This document shows positions 1 to 7,767 of a DNA stretch of 10,016 nt, in pieces (position 1 is the stretch's first letter; every line of letters begins with the position of its first letter). Below the pieces are notes generated by a model. The model saw nothing but the letters and a program-made list of their open reading frames with translations. It did not search any database and had not been told where the DNA came from. Location: NCBI GenBank assembly GCA_046758445.1, contig JBHIAE010000080.1, positions 1 through 10,016 on the forward strand, in the 5' to 3' direction. Made by a program: the position numbers and the translations under genes. The stretch comes from Candidatus Thorarchaeota archaeon. GTDB taxonomy: Archaea; Asgardarchaeota; Thorarchaeia; Thorarchaeales; Thorarchaeaceae.

Positions 1-152
1 TATTGCTTCTGCAGGCTGGAACTCCTATTCCTGCAGTCGATGTTGTTCTTGCTGCTGTCGCTGTCAACAGGGGACTGATCTTGCACACAAGAGACCGACA
101 CTTTGAGCATGTTGGCAAAATGAACAGTGAGTTTCAAGTGCAGATCCTGTAG
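1..152 (+). CDS. vapC: PIN-domain (VapC-like) ribonuclease, C-terminal part (5' end outside window)
   Basis: Frame starting at nt 3 translates as LLLQAGTPIPAVDVVLAAVAVNRGLILHTRDRHFEHVGKMNSEFQVQIL* (TAG 150-152). It contains the VapC signature GxPIPxxDxxxAAxA...LxTxDxHF. Not in the ORF track. Confidence 0.88.
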   Translation, partial: LLLQAGTPIPAVDVVLAAVAVNRGLILHTRDRHFEHVGKMNSEFQVQIL

Positions 153-669
153 CCTCTACAATTCTATCGAATATACAGTACTGTGGAGTGGCTCATCAGA
201 GCCGGCTTGGTTGAACGGGGCCAAGACTAGGACTTCATCTCTCCTTCTCATTTTGAACTCGACTCCCAGTATTCTTCTCCTAGGACCGAAGTTCCATTCT
301 ATTCTTACAGTTCGTTCTAAGGACTCATGTTTGTCAGAGAAGATTTTCACATAGGTCCAATATGACCATATGAGAATCATGCTCGTCTTGAGATTATCCT
401 GATTCTTCCAGTCCAATGCACCCTGTCACTGAAAGATGGCCTTCTCTCGAAGCCAAAGCTCTCTGGGGGAGCAGCTCAGGATACTCTGCACTATGAGTCC
501 ACAGAATGAATGAGTTGGATTCTAATTGGCGCATCACATCAAGAGTTGCCGGGACTCTCTATCAGCTGCCATACCTCAGAGAAGAACTAGTAGTTCTTGT
601 TGAAAAGAAAGGTGAGAAGAGAGTATCTGAGCGCTCTTCTCTACCGTGAGAATAGAGGCCAGTTTCTTC

Positions 670-1224
670 TTATTCAGGCAGGAACTTGCGGACGAAGGGA
701 GAGGTCTCACCTCGACGCATGAAGTGCCCCGAAGGCCCTTCTCCAAGAAACTCAGAAAACCAAGACTCATGCTCAACCTCCTCGTGGAGGATGGCTTGGG
801 AGAGTGCATAGGTTCTGTGGTCTTTCCCTGCAGTCATGTTGCAGATCTCACTGTAGCCTCTGACAGCACAACGCTCAGCAGCCACTAGGACCTTTAGAAT
901 TGCCTGAACATCTGTGGGGTCCTTGGGAATCCTAGCTGGGGGACATGCTGAGATGTCATGGAACTCTACCATGTTCTCTGGAAGATTGCCCCCAAGCTCG
1001 TAGATGCGTGGGACTAATGCCTCGAAGTGGTTCCTGTCCTCGATACGGGCCGCCTCGGCAATCTCATTGATTCCCTCCCCTTCAAGTCCAATCAGATTGG
1101 CTCGAAGGATCGTATAGTAGTAGTATGTTGTCAGCTCAGCAGCTGCGTTCTTGATTAGAAGGTCGAGGAGCTTGTCAACATCAATTCCTGCCTTCTCGAC
1201 CATCTCTCTTGCTACTCGTGCCAA
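670..1224 (-). CDS. dpsL: DPS-like (DPSL, thioferritin) ferritin-superfamily protein
   Basis: Motifs AAAELTTYYYY, EDRNHFE, AERCA and EEVEHE give the di-iron ligands. The cysteine pair (ISACPP, AERCA) matches the thioferritin motif. The likely start is TTG at 1224, 5 nt after an archaeal RBS AAGGTGA; the ORF track uses GTG 1233. Confidence 0.93.
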   Translation of the reverse strand: MARVAREMVEKAGIDVDKLLDLLIKNAAAELTTYYYYTILRANLIGLEGEGINEIAEAARIEDRNHFEALVPRIYELGGNLPENMVEFHDISACPPARIPKDPTDVQAILKVLVAAERCAVRGYSEICNMTAGKDHRTYALSQAILHEEVEHESWFSEFLGEGPSGHFMRRGETSPFVRKFLPE

Positions 1225-1258
1225 TGTTTTCACCTTACTTCGAAAAGAAAGTTACTAC

Positions 1259-1267
1259 TATATAAAA
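1259..1267 (-). promoter_or_regulatory. Archaeal TATA box for dpsL
   Basis: The minus strand reads TTTTATATA about 35 nt upstream of the TTG start, leaving room for a short leader with the RBS. Confidence 0.6.
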
Positions 1268-1276
1268 GTTGTTTCA

Positions 1277-1291
1277 GATATGTTTATTATC
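1277..1291 (+). promoter_or_regulatory. Putative TATA box for the fur/perR gene, overlapping a possible Fur-like operator
   Basis: TTTATTAT (1283-1290) lies about 23 nt before GTG 1313, consistent with a leaderless transcript. It is embedded in GATATGTTTATTATC, an imperfect GATA..TATC dyad with one exact ATTATC Fur-box half site. Confidence 0.35.
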
Positions 1292-1312
1292 CCCATTGCC
1301 TGAGCTGAGAAT

Positions 1313-1705
1313 GTGATAGACAGTCTAAGAAAGAATGGACTTCGGCTCACCCCACAGCGCATTGAAATGCTGAGGGTTCTTGAGAATCAAGGGAAGCATC
1401 ATCCTTCATTCTCTGAGGTCTACGCGGCAGTCAGGACCAACCTCCCCAGTGTGAGTCAGTCCACCATACTCAAGAATATGGCCATATTTGAGGAGTTGAG
1501 AATTGTACGCAGCTTCTCATTCAGAGGAGAAACTCGTTACGAGCTGAATCCCGCCCCCCACGTGAACTTTGTGAACACAAGCGGAGAAATAGTGGACATT
1601 GAAGGCGAGGAGATAGAAGAGATCCTCGAGGGTCTCATCGACACGATAAAGAGAAAGACTGGCATTGATGCAACGAACCTGCTGGTAGTGATGAATGAGG
1701 GATGA
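1313..1705 (+). CDS. Fur/PerR-family transcriptional regulator
   Basis: Motifs LRKNGLRLTPQR, HPSFSEVY, SQSTILKN (helix-turn-helix) and RYELN..H..GEIVDI. Divergent from dpsL. Confidence 0.92.
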   Translation: MIDSLRKNGLRLTPQRIEMLRVLENQGKHHPSFSEVYAAVRTNLPSVSQSTILKNMAIFEELRIVRSFSFRGETRYELNPAPHVNFVNTSGEIVDIEGEEIEEILEGLIDTIKRKTGIDATNLLVVMNEG

Positions 1706-1721
1706 GTTAGAAGAAGAAGAA

Positions 1722-1754
1722 TGCAACCCCGTCTAGCAATAGCAGGTTGGGAGT
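1722..1754 (+). repeat. Dispersed intergenic repeat family R1, copy A (core only)
   Basis: TGCAACCCCGTCTAGCAATAGCAGGTTGGGAGT is 28/33 identical to 7728-7760. Confidence 0.85.
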
Positions 1755-1867
1755 CTTGGCGTTTCACAGCATTCGTGAAAGCGTCTGCATATTCTCCTAA
1801 AGGATGGACTGATTAGTCACCAACAGGCTCACGACCTCTAGCGGGACAGTCTGCTAGATTCACGGAC

Positions 1868-1925
1868 AGACAATGCAAGGAGGATGAGATTTGCCAGAGG
1901 AACCAAGATACTGGGGATCATGGAA
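1868..1925 (+). repeat. Direct repeat R2, copy 1
   Basis: 55/58 identical to 8853-8910; the last 39 bp (1887-1925) match perfectly. Confidence 0.97.
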
Positions 1926-1959
1926 AGGGCTTTTTCCCAAAGGCACTTGTTAGGGTGAA

Positions 1960-2835
1960 TCAGTCCTCATTCAATTCAAAGGATGGATTTCTCTCATTGA
2001 CTACGTTGGTCGCCCGATCTTGAATTGCATCCGCGAGATCTGGGTGTTGATCAAGAAAACCCGGTATGCCGATATACAACCTATCCTCCTGAAGACCCTT
2101 GAACAGGATGTCAGCTGCCTCCTCGATAGTCTTTCCAGCCGCGAGTTGCTTCCTTACCGATTCCATTCATTCCCGCTCCCCGTCGGTAACGACATATTCC
2201 CTCGGGTCATTCTTCAAATCATCAGGTCGATTACGTTCCGAATCTGCAATGTCGGTGTCCACCTGGCCTGGGATGTAGACTGACACCTTGACGTGTGGGG
2301 CCCGTTGGGAGAGTTCAAAATGGAGACTCTCCGTAAGGGCAACCACAGCATGTTTTGAAGCACAATATGATCCAAATCCACCTATACCCGGGAGGACGCC
2401 ATTCGCAGATGATACGTTCACGATATGGCTTTGGGTAGATTGTTCAATCATTCTTGGCAGAAATGATTGAACTCCATACAAAGTTCCCCAGAAATTCACT
2501 CCCATGACCCATTCCCAATCGGCCAAGCTGCTCTCCCACACAGACTTGAATACCACCACCCCTGCATTATTCACGAGTAGATGGACCTCCCCGAAAGTGC
2601 CGAAGGCCATTTCAGCGAGTCTGTCAATGCCACTGGCCTCGTGAACATCAGTCTGAACAACCAGTGTGGTTGCTCCTAGTTCTTCTAGGTCAGCACTAGT
2701 TCTCTTCAGCGATTCCAGACCTATGCCCGCCAACACAACACGCATTCCCTCCTCTGCGCAGCGCAGTGCGACCCCACGCCCAATACCCCGCCCTGCTCCC
2801 GTAATCACTGCAACTTTTCCGTCAAAATCTCTCAT
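1960..2835 (-). pseudogene. Classical short-chain dehydrogenase/reductase interrupted by a single in-frame TGA (2167-2169)
   Basis: Motifs TGAGRGIG, NNAG, NVSS and YCASK are intact. ORFs 2167-2835 and 1960-2166 are in the same frame (...GAA TGA ATG GAA...) and together give a normal 291-codon SDR with the family C-terminus (AG...EEAADILFKGL...LYI). Confidence 0.8.
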
Positions 2836-3065
2836 TTCAGAACCCTCATTGAACCATGGTATGACTTAAGGAGATTAGATACAATCCTCTGTCCACGAAT
2901 GCGCGCTGGGACGGCTCGTGATGTTCGTGCACACTGCAGACCCCGGACTCCGGAAACTGTACAAACTGAGGCATTCTCTTCATAAGCCCCTTTGGCCCGA
3001 TGCATACTCGCTGTAGCTCAATGGACAGTACCCATCGATACCGACGCGACAGAGCCAGCATCAGT

Positions 3066-3116
3066 AGATTGCATATGTTACCATATCGAATAAGAAGAAG
3101 CGGTATTATGCAATCT
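3066..3116. other. Inverted repeat / hairpin
   Basis: AGATTGCATA (3066-3075) and TATGCAATCT (3107-3116) form perfect 10-bp arms, with an inner TACC/GGTA pair. Confidence 0.6.
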
Positions 3117-3140
3117 CTTTCGCCGGTCTGAATTCACACA

Positions 3141-3203
3141 GGTTATTGAAAACTCGCGGTACTCCGCTCTGTGCACGCCCGTCCAGCAATAGCACGTTGG
3201 GGG
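3141..3203 (+). repeat. Repeat family R1, copy B
   Basis: 3161-3203 is 37/43 identical to 7717-7759. The upstream GGTTATTGAAAAC resembles AGTTCTATGAAAAC of copy C. Confidence 0.88.
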
Positions 3204-3534
3204 CTACCTACTTGATCAATACTGCGCCACGGTAGTCAGCGTAAGAGTACGTTGTGACTCTGGACGACTTCTTCTACGAGAATATAGGCAGGTGTGAGGA
3301 CGCTCTGGAGAAGACGAGCGTGTTTGAATGCCAAGACGAAGAGGCGATAGCCTGGTCAAGCGAGCAAGGGACCACATCGCTGGCGGCGAAGGCTATGTTG
3401 CAAGGGAAGTAGGGTTCACTCTAGTGGACTACAGAGCTACTATGAGGAATATGCTTATATTCAAGTGCAAGTACGAAAGCTCAGTTATTTTCGCTGTCGT
3501 TCGCAAGGACGACAGATGTATATTAGGAGGGTAA

Positions 3535-4104
3535 TTGTTGTCGAGGGCCGCAGTTCTTATTGACTTAGGTTTCTTCTCGAAGGTTTTGAAGTTCTGTTTT
3601 GGAGAACCACGTGTTGACTTCGAGAAGCTATCCGAAACTCTGTGTGAGGGGAGAGAACGATTCCGAACTTACGTCTACGACTGTATGCCATATCAGAGTA
3701 ATCCTCCTACACAGCAGGAGAGAGAAAGGTATGGCAAGGTCGACTCGTTCATGAATCATCTGAGAAAACTGAATCGATTTCAGATTCGATTGGGTCGTCT
3801 TCAATACATCCCACAGAGGACTCCACCCTTCATGCAGAAACGTGTGGACGTCCACCTTGCGGTTGATCTAGTCCGCATGAGCTGGGGGAAGCAGATTGAC
3901 ACTGCAGTCTTGGTGGGAGGAGATAGTGACTACGTGCCTGCTGTGATGGCCGCCAAAGATGCTGGAGTTCTGACTATCCTCTACTATCGTATGTGCTACG
4001 ACAAGAACGGCAAGCTAAAGGCAAAGGCTTCCGATGAACTCATGGCGGCTTGTGACGAGTGTCGAGAGATTGACCAAAACCTGATCGACAAGGTCACCAT
4101 CTAG
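3535..4104 (+). CDS. NYN-domain (LabA/DUF88, PIN-like fold) putative ribonuclease
   Basis: Motifs VLID.., YVYD, QKRVDVHLAVD, LVGGDSDYVPAV and SDELMAACD. RBS AGGAGG at 3525-3530 precedes TTG 3535/3538. Confidence 0.93.
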   Translation: MLSRAAVLIDLGFFSKVLKFCFGEPRVDFEKLSETLCEGRERFRTYVYDCMPYQSNPPTQQERERYGKVDSFMNHLRKLNRFQIRLGRLQYIPQRTPPFMQKRVDVHLAVDLVRMSWGKQIDTAVLVGGDSDYVPAVMAAKDAGVLTILYYRMCYDKNGKLKAKASDELMAACDECREIDQNLIDKVTI

Positions 4105-4276
4105 ATAGACAGACACCTCTCACCAGACGGTCAAGTACCGATTAGGCTCCGGATATCCAAGAGTAATATCATCCAATCACCGAGAAACCTCCAGCTACCA
4201 CCTGTTTCAATTCGTCGAGAGTCTAGGAAAAGGAAGTCGTGGCAGACCATCTGTAATCTAGGTCCATATTCACAAA

Positions 4277-4348
4277 AGTTCTATGAAAACCCTTAAAACT
4301 CGGCTTGGTGCAGACCCCTTCAGCAATAGCGGGTTGGGGGATGGTTCT
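4277..4348 (+). repeat. Repeat family R1, copy C
   Basis: 59/72 aligned positions are identical to 7697-7767 (one gap). Confidence 0.9.
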
Positions 4349-4395
4349 AGTTTCCTTCTTATTATCTCGCCACTATACCTCATGTAATGTATTAC

Positions 4396-5016
4396 TCAGC
4401 GACTCTCAGCATACACTAATTCTGCTCTCATGACTTTCACTAGTGGGTACAGCGCAAAAGTGAACGCGACCAGACCGCCTATGAGATGGAGGAGTGCTCC
4501 CATGGCAAACATCCTGAAGACTAAGACCAATAGGAAAACCTCAACGACTCCGAATATCACTACCACTGGCACGTCGGAGGGCTCAGCCAAGTCGTGGTCC
4601 ATTCGATTGAGAGCCCAGATGATGGGCAACGCCAAGAACAAGCCGCCCATCGATAGAAACGCCAGCATGATCGTGCATGCATAGTGTTGCAGATGTATGA
4701 ACTCGCTCTGGTCAGGACTCTGGGGAAACTCATACACCGGTCGGCCATCAGGCCAGCCAATCACAATCCTGTAGAAGAACTGATCAGCCTCATAGTCACG
4801 GTACTGCTGCATCGTGAATGGGAATGCACCAGGCGGCTGAACCCTTAGCATCCTCTCTGTGTCAACTTGAAACTCAGTGAAGCCTCCAACTGTTCCCGTG
4901 ACCACAATGATGTAGACCAACGCAATTCCTAGTGCTAGCACATGGATCATTTGCTGTTGTCCACTCTTCTTCAGTGGCAGCCATAACAACACTGTCATGA
5001 CCATAACAACAATCAA
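4396..5016 (-). CDS. Hypothetical multi-pass membrane protein (5' end uncertain)
   Basis: 206-aa ORF with about 5 hydrophobic segments and a soluble loop of about 70 aa. An in-frame TAG immediately precedes the TTG start, so the true N-terminus may be disrupted. Confidence 0.7.
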   Translation of the reverse strand: MIVVMVMTVLLWLPLKKSGQQQMIHVLALGIALVYIIVVTGTVGGFTEFQVDTERMLRVQPPGAFPFTMQQYRDYEADQFFYRIVIGWPDGRPVYEFPQSPDQSEFIHLQHYACTIMLAFLSMGGLFLALPIIWALNRMDHDLAEPSDVPVVVIFGVVEVFLLVLVFRMFAMGALLHLIGGLVAFTFALYPLVKVMRAELVYAESR

Positions 5017-5138
5017 CTATGCGACCCACAGCCAATGCGGCTCGGATTCTCAAATACCTTCCTTTGTGCAAGCCCATGTACCAATACAAAGAAGCCAGTT
5101 GACGAAGCTTGCACAAGTATCATAGTTCCTGACAAGAA

Positions 5139-5614
5139 TCAGTCCCATGGCGACACAGGCTCGGGGACCGGTCTTAGCCACATTACTAGGGCCCCGGCCA
5201 ATAGGAGGACTGGGACCGGTATGAACAGGTAGAGGCCAATAAGAAGAGAGAACGGAATCGTGGCCAACATCAGTAGCGTCATGACAAAACCAGGACCGTC
5301 AGCGACCACACCGAGAACGAGCGTAAGCCTTCTACTGGTCGCCTTCCTGTAGTACCTATCCACTTGGTACACGAACAGAAGGAGGAATGCCAGGAACGGG
5401 GCTGTGAACGTGAGTTGAAATGGTTCAAATATGATGAAGTGCTTGCCATACCTATAGTCATTGTATGCCCATATGGCCGCAAGTATTGTCGTAGACATTG
5501 TGAAACATAGCAGAAGATTGGGGCCAAGAGTGCCAAGGCGGCCAATCCGATGGCCACGAGTCTTCTGTCCACAGCTGCTTGAATCTCTGTGGGGGGGTCA
5601 CTCACTCTGCTCAC
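5139..5614 (-). pseudogene. Small multi-pass membrane protein with an apparent frameshift near 5500
   Basis: The N-terminal TM segment (RRLVAIGLAALALLAPIFCYVS) is in the frame of ORF 5279-5614. The remaining TM helices (MSTTILAAIW...PVPEPVSPWD) are in the frame of ORF 5139-5498. Adding one base joins them into about 158 aa. Confidence 0.6.
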
Positions 5615-5656
5615 TTCAGGATTCAGTCGGATTTCCGTTGATCTATCGGAGCGTTT

Positions 5657-7486
5657 CTATATCCCATCTTTCCTAAGCACATAGACAAGGACTATGATGA
5701 CTACGACTGCACCTCCGCCACCTAGTATGACGATTAGTATCGTTTGGTCGTCAGGAAGAGCTGTTGAGGAAGTGGTTGTTGTCGTGGTACTGGTCGTGGA
5801 TGTCGTTGTGGTTGTAGTCGTTGTGGTAGTTGTTGGAGGAGGCATATCTATCGTCAGTAGGCCAAAATACCAGTTTGCGGTGATGTCAAGGATGACATCA
5901 TGTACATCCGTGGTGCTAACAGCAACTGTATGTCCTTGCCAGAGTGGGACAATAGAACATTCGTCTGCTTGCAGTTCTTGTAGGGATTCGTAAGCTGTCT
6001 GTCTGTCCAGGTCTGTGGTGGCACTTCTTCCATCAATCCATAGGTTGTATTGGTTGATTCCTCCCAGTGGGTATGTGCTGTTGTATCCTAGGTTGAGCCA
6101 CCATGCAAATGGCAAGAAGGCGTAGTTGTCCGGATCTATGAAGTCAGGATACCAGCCGTAGATGAACACTTCCATGATGCCATTGTTCCTGTTCTGCCTG
6201 TAAGTGGCCCATTCGGCACTCAGCAATGTGACGTCGATAACCCCACTCGCTTCCAAGTCGGCCTCATATACAAGCGCCTGTTCAGCACTCTGTGGGTAGT
6301 GTCCTGAGCTCTCATACCAGAGCCCAATCTGAAGCTTGTTTCCAGCATTATAGCCGAAGTCGTCAAGACAATCTTGGGTATAGGTATAGTTGGCATCTCC
6401 ATACTTCTGAAACGAGGGCTTGTGATAAGCAAGACCATCAGGAATTATGCTATACAAGGGATCAACCGTATTGAGAAAGACAAGATCAACCATGTGAGTC
6501 CTGTTCAATGCGGCGGTAATCCCTTGCCTGATTCTAGTTTCATTAAAAGGATAGATGTTCTGTTGAAAGCACATGTATTGGATCTGGGGACCAAGCCCCT
6601 CCCATACAGTGAAACTAGGAAGGTTCCCGAATGTGTCCGTCTGAACTGGAGTGAGATATCTATAAGCTACGTCCACATCCCCTGATAACAATGCAGCAGC
6701 GAGTGCTGTTGCAGAAGCATAGAACTTGATGATGATAACATCAGTCTGTGGAAGTGTCGTGCTCCAATAGTAAGGGTTCTTTTCTAGGCGCATTGACTGG
6801 TCGCTACCTCCAACTCGATTCCATTCTGTCAGATTGTATGGGCCCAGACCACATGGATGACTGGCGCGCGCATCCGAATCTGTAAACCGAACATAATCCC
6901 CCAAAGGTGCATACCTTGGGTGTACAATAGCCGATGCCGCGCAGGACATCAATTGAAGGAATGGAGCGAATGCTGTGTTCAGGTAGAATCGTACTGAATA
7001 ATCGCCGGTTATGGTGATGTTCTCGATGATTAAGTCATAGCCTATGTTCACCTGGGGACCATCGGGCAATGCTAGACCAATGTTACGGTCAAAGCTGTAT
7101 TTCACCACTGAGGCGTTAAGCGGATATCCATCGAAGAATGTGAGTCCTTGTTTCAAGTTGAAGTCCCAGATGGTTCCTCCGCCACTCATGGCCCACGATT
7201 CTGCAAGTGCCCCCTGGATGTTGTTAGACCCAGCATCTGACCCTGGTATAATCTCAACCAATCCTGAGCTGAGGGCCGATATTAACGCCCAGCCAAAGTA
7301 GTCATATGATTGGGCTGGGTCAAGACTGGCTTCGACGCTGTCAGTAGTACCCATAGTGATCGTTGTTTCAACTTGAGCTAGAATGTTCGGGAATCCGGAC
7401 GGGCTTCCCGCAAGTTGACCATTCACAGTTCCAACAAAAAGCAGTAGAACGACTGTAGCTCCGACAATCTCATACGATTTAGCCAC
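5657..7486 (-). CDS. ABC transporter substrate-binding protein, family 5 (OppA/DppA-like), with Thr-rich linker and C-terminal membrane anchor
   Basis: Motifs SLDPA, GALAESW, WDFNLKQGLTFFDG..LNA..VKYSFDR, GLGPY, KNPYYW, RIRQGI and GWYPDFIDPDNY. It has an N-terminal hydrophobic signal and a C-terminal TM helix followed by RK. The likely start is GTG 7486 after GGAGGAGGAGGT; the ORF track starts at 7510. Confidence 0.95.
   Translation of the reverse strand: MAKSYEIVGATVVLLLFVGTVNGQLAGSPSGFPNILAQVETTITMGTTDSVEASLDPAQSYDYFGWALISALSSGLVEIIPGSDAGSNNIQGALAESWAMSGGGTIWDFNLKQGLTFFDGYPLNASVVKYSFDRNIGLALPDGPQVNIGYDLIIENITITGDYSVRFYLNTAFAPFLQLMSCAASAIVHPRYAPLGDYVRFTDSDARASHPCGLGPYNLTEWNRVGGSDQSMRLEKNPYYWSTTLPQTDVIIIKFYASATALAAALLSGDVDVAYRYLTPVQTDTFGNLPSFTVWEGLGPQIQYMCFQQNIYPFNETRIRQGITAALNRTHMVDLVFLNTVDPLYSIIPDGLAYHKPSFQKYGDANYTYTQDCLDDFGYNAGNKLQIGLWYESSGHYPQSAEQALVYEADLEASGVIDVTLLSAEWATYRQNRNNGIMEVFIYGWYPDFIDPDNYAFLPFAWWLNLGYNSTYPLGGINQYNLWIDGRSATTDLDRQTAYESLQELQADECSIVPLWQGHTVAVSTTDVHDVILDITANWYFGLLTIDMPPPTTTTTTTTTTTSTTSTTTTTTSSTALPDDQTILIVILGGGGAVVVIIVLVYVLRKDGI
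5763..5843 (-). repeat. Low-complexity Pro/Thr/Ser linker-coding tract
   Basis: Encodes PPP followed by a Thr/Ser run. Codons vary, so selection is at the protein level rather than a microsatellite. Confidence 0.85.
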
Positions 7487-7544
7487 AGGACCTCCTCCTC
7501 CAATGCTCACGCGAATGTTTCAGTACATGTATGCTTCTATGTAG

Positions 7545-7576
7545 ATTTGACTGTTTCGAGATGTTACCAGTCAAAT
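7545..7576. promoter_or_regulatory. Inverted repeat upstream of the solute-binding protein gene (possible operator or hairpin)
   Basis: ATTTGACTG-N14-CAGTCAAAT, perfect 9-bp arms. Confidence 0.4.
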
Positions 7577-7696
7577 GCCATCTCAGCTTATCAAAGAAAC
7601 TCCTTGTCAACAAGACTAACCGGACTATGAAGTTTGCATATGACACCGCAGAGTAGGTTAGTCAAACTGTGGCCAGCAGAATCCCTAGATTTGCCG

Positions 7697-7767
7697 AGTT
7701 CTATGAAGACCCTTAAACTCCGCTCTGTGCAACCCCGTTCCGCAAAAGCAGGTTGGGGGTGGGTTCT
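7697..7767 (+). repeat. Repeat family R1, copy D
   Basis: Aligns with copies A, B and C. Potential pairings are CAACC/GGTTG and AAGACCC/GGGT(T)CTT. Confidence 0.9.

Noticed and set aside
156-572. Minus-strand 86-aa ORF with a stop-interrupted upstream extension (possible pseudogene)
   Set aside because: There are three stops in the frame and no recognisable family, so a call cannot be supported.
1860-1959. SECIS element downstream of the SDR on the minus strand
   Set aside because: An ATGA is present, but I could not see a matching stem with the GA partner and apical AA.
2935-2944. TGCAGACCCC matching part of R1 copy C
   Set aside because: Only 10 bp, and the flanks do not align.
3007-3035. 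tRNA-like 5' segment (CTCGCTGTAGCTCAATGGACAGTAC)
   Set aside because: The D-stem does not pair (GCTC vs GTAC), and no T-arm GTTCRA or acceptor-stem partner follows.
3328-3534. 68-aa ORF in frame with NYN, suggesting read-through
   Set aside because: The stop is TAA, NYN has its own AGGAGG RBS and a complete N-terminus, and the ORF has no recognisable motif.
5591-5597. G7 tract as a phase-variation switch
   Set aside because: The tract is short, and the apparent frameshift lies about 90 nt away, after an in-frame TM segment.
5694-7301. Short ORFs overlapping the SBP gene (including the poly-Val ORF 5694-5993), and similar antisense or alternative-frame ORFs over dpsL, fur, SDR, NYN and the nuclease
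   Set aside because: These are shadow ORFs of well-supported genes; poly-Val is simply the reverse complement of the Thr linker.
1722-7767. R1 as CRISPR repeats or canonical integron attC sites
   Set aside because: Spacing is kilobase-scale with no cas genes, there is no complementary R''/R' box pair of attC geometry, and the intervening genes lie in both orientations.
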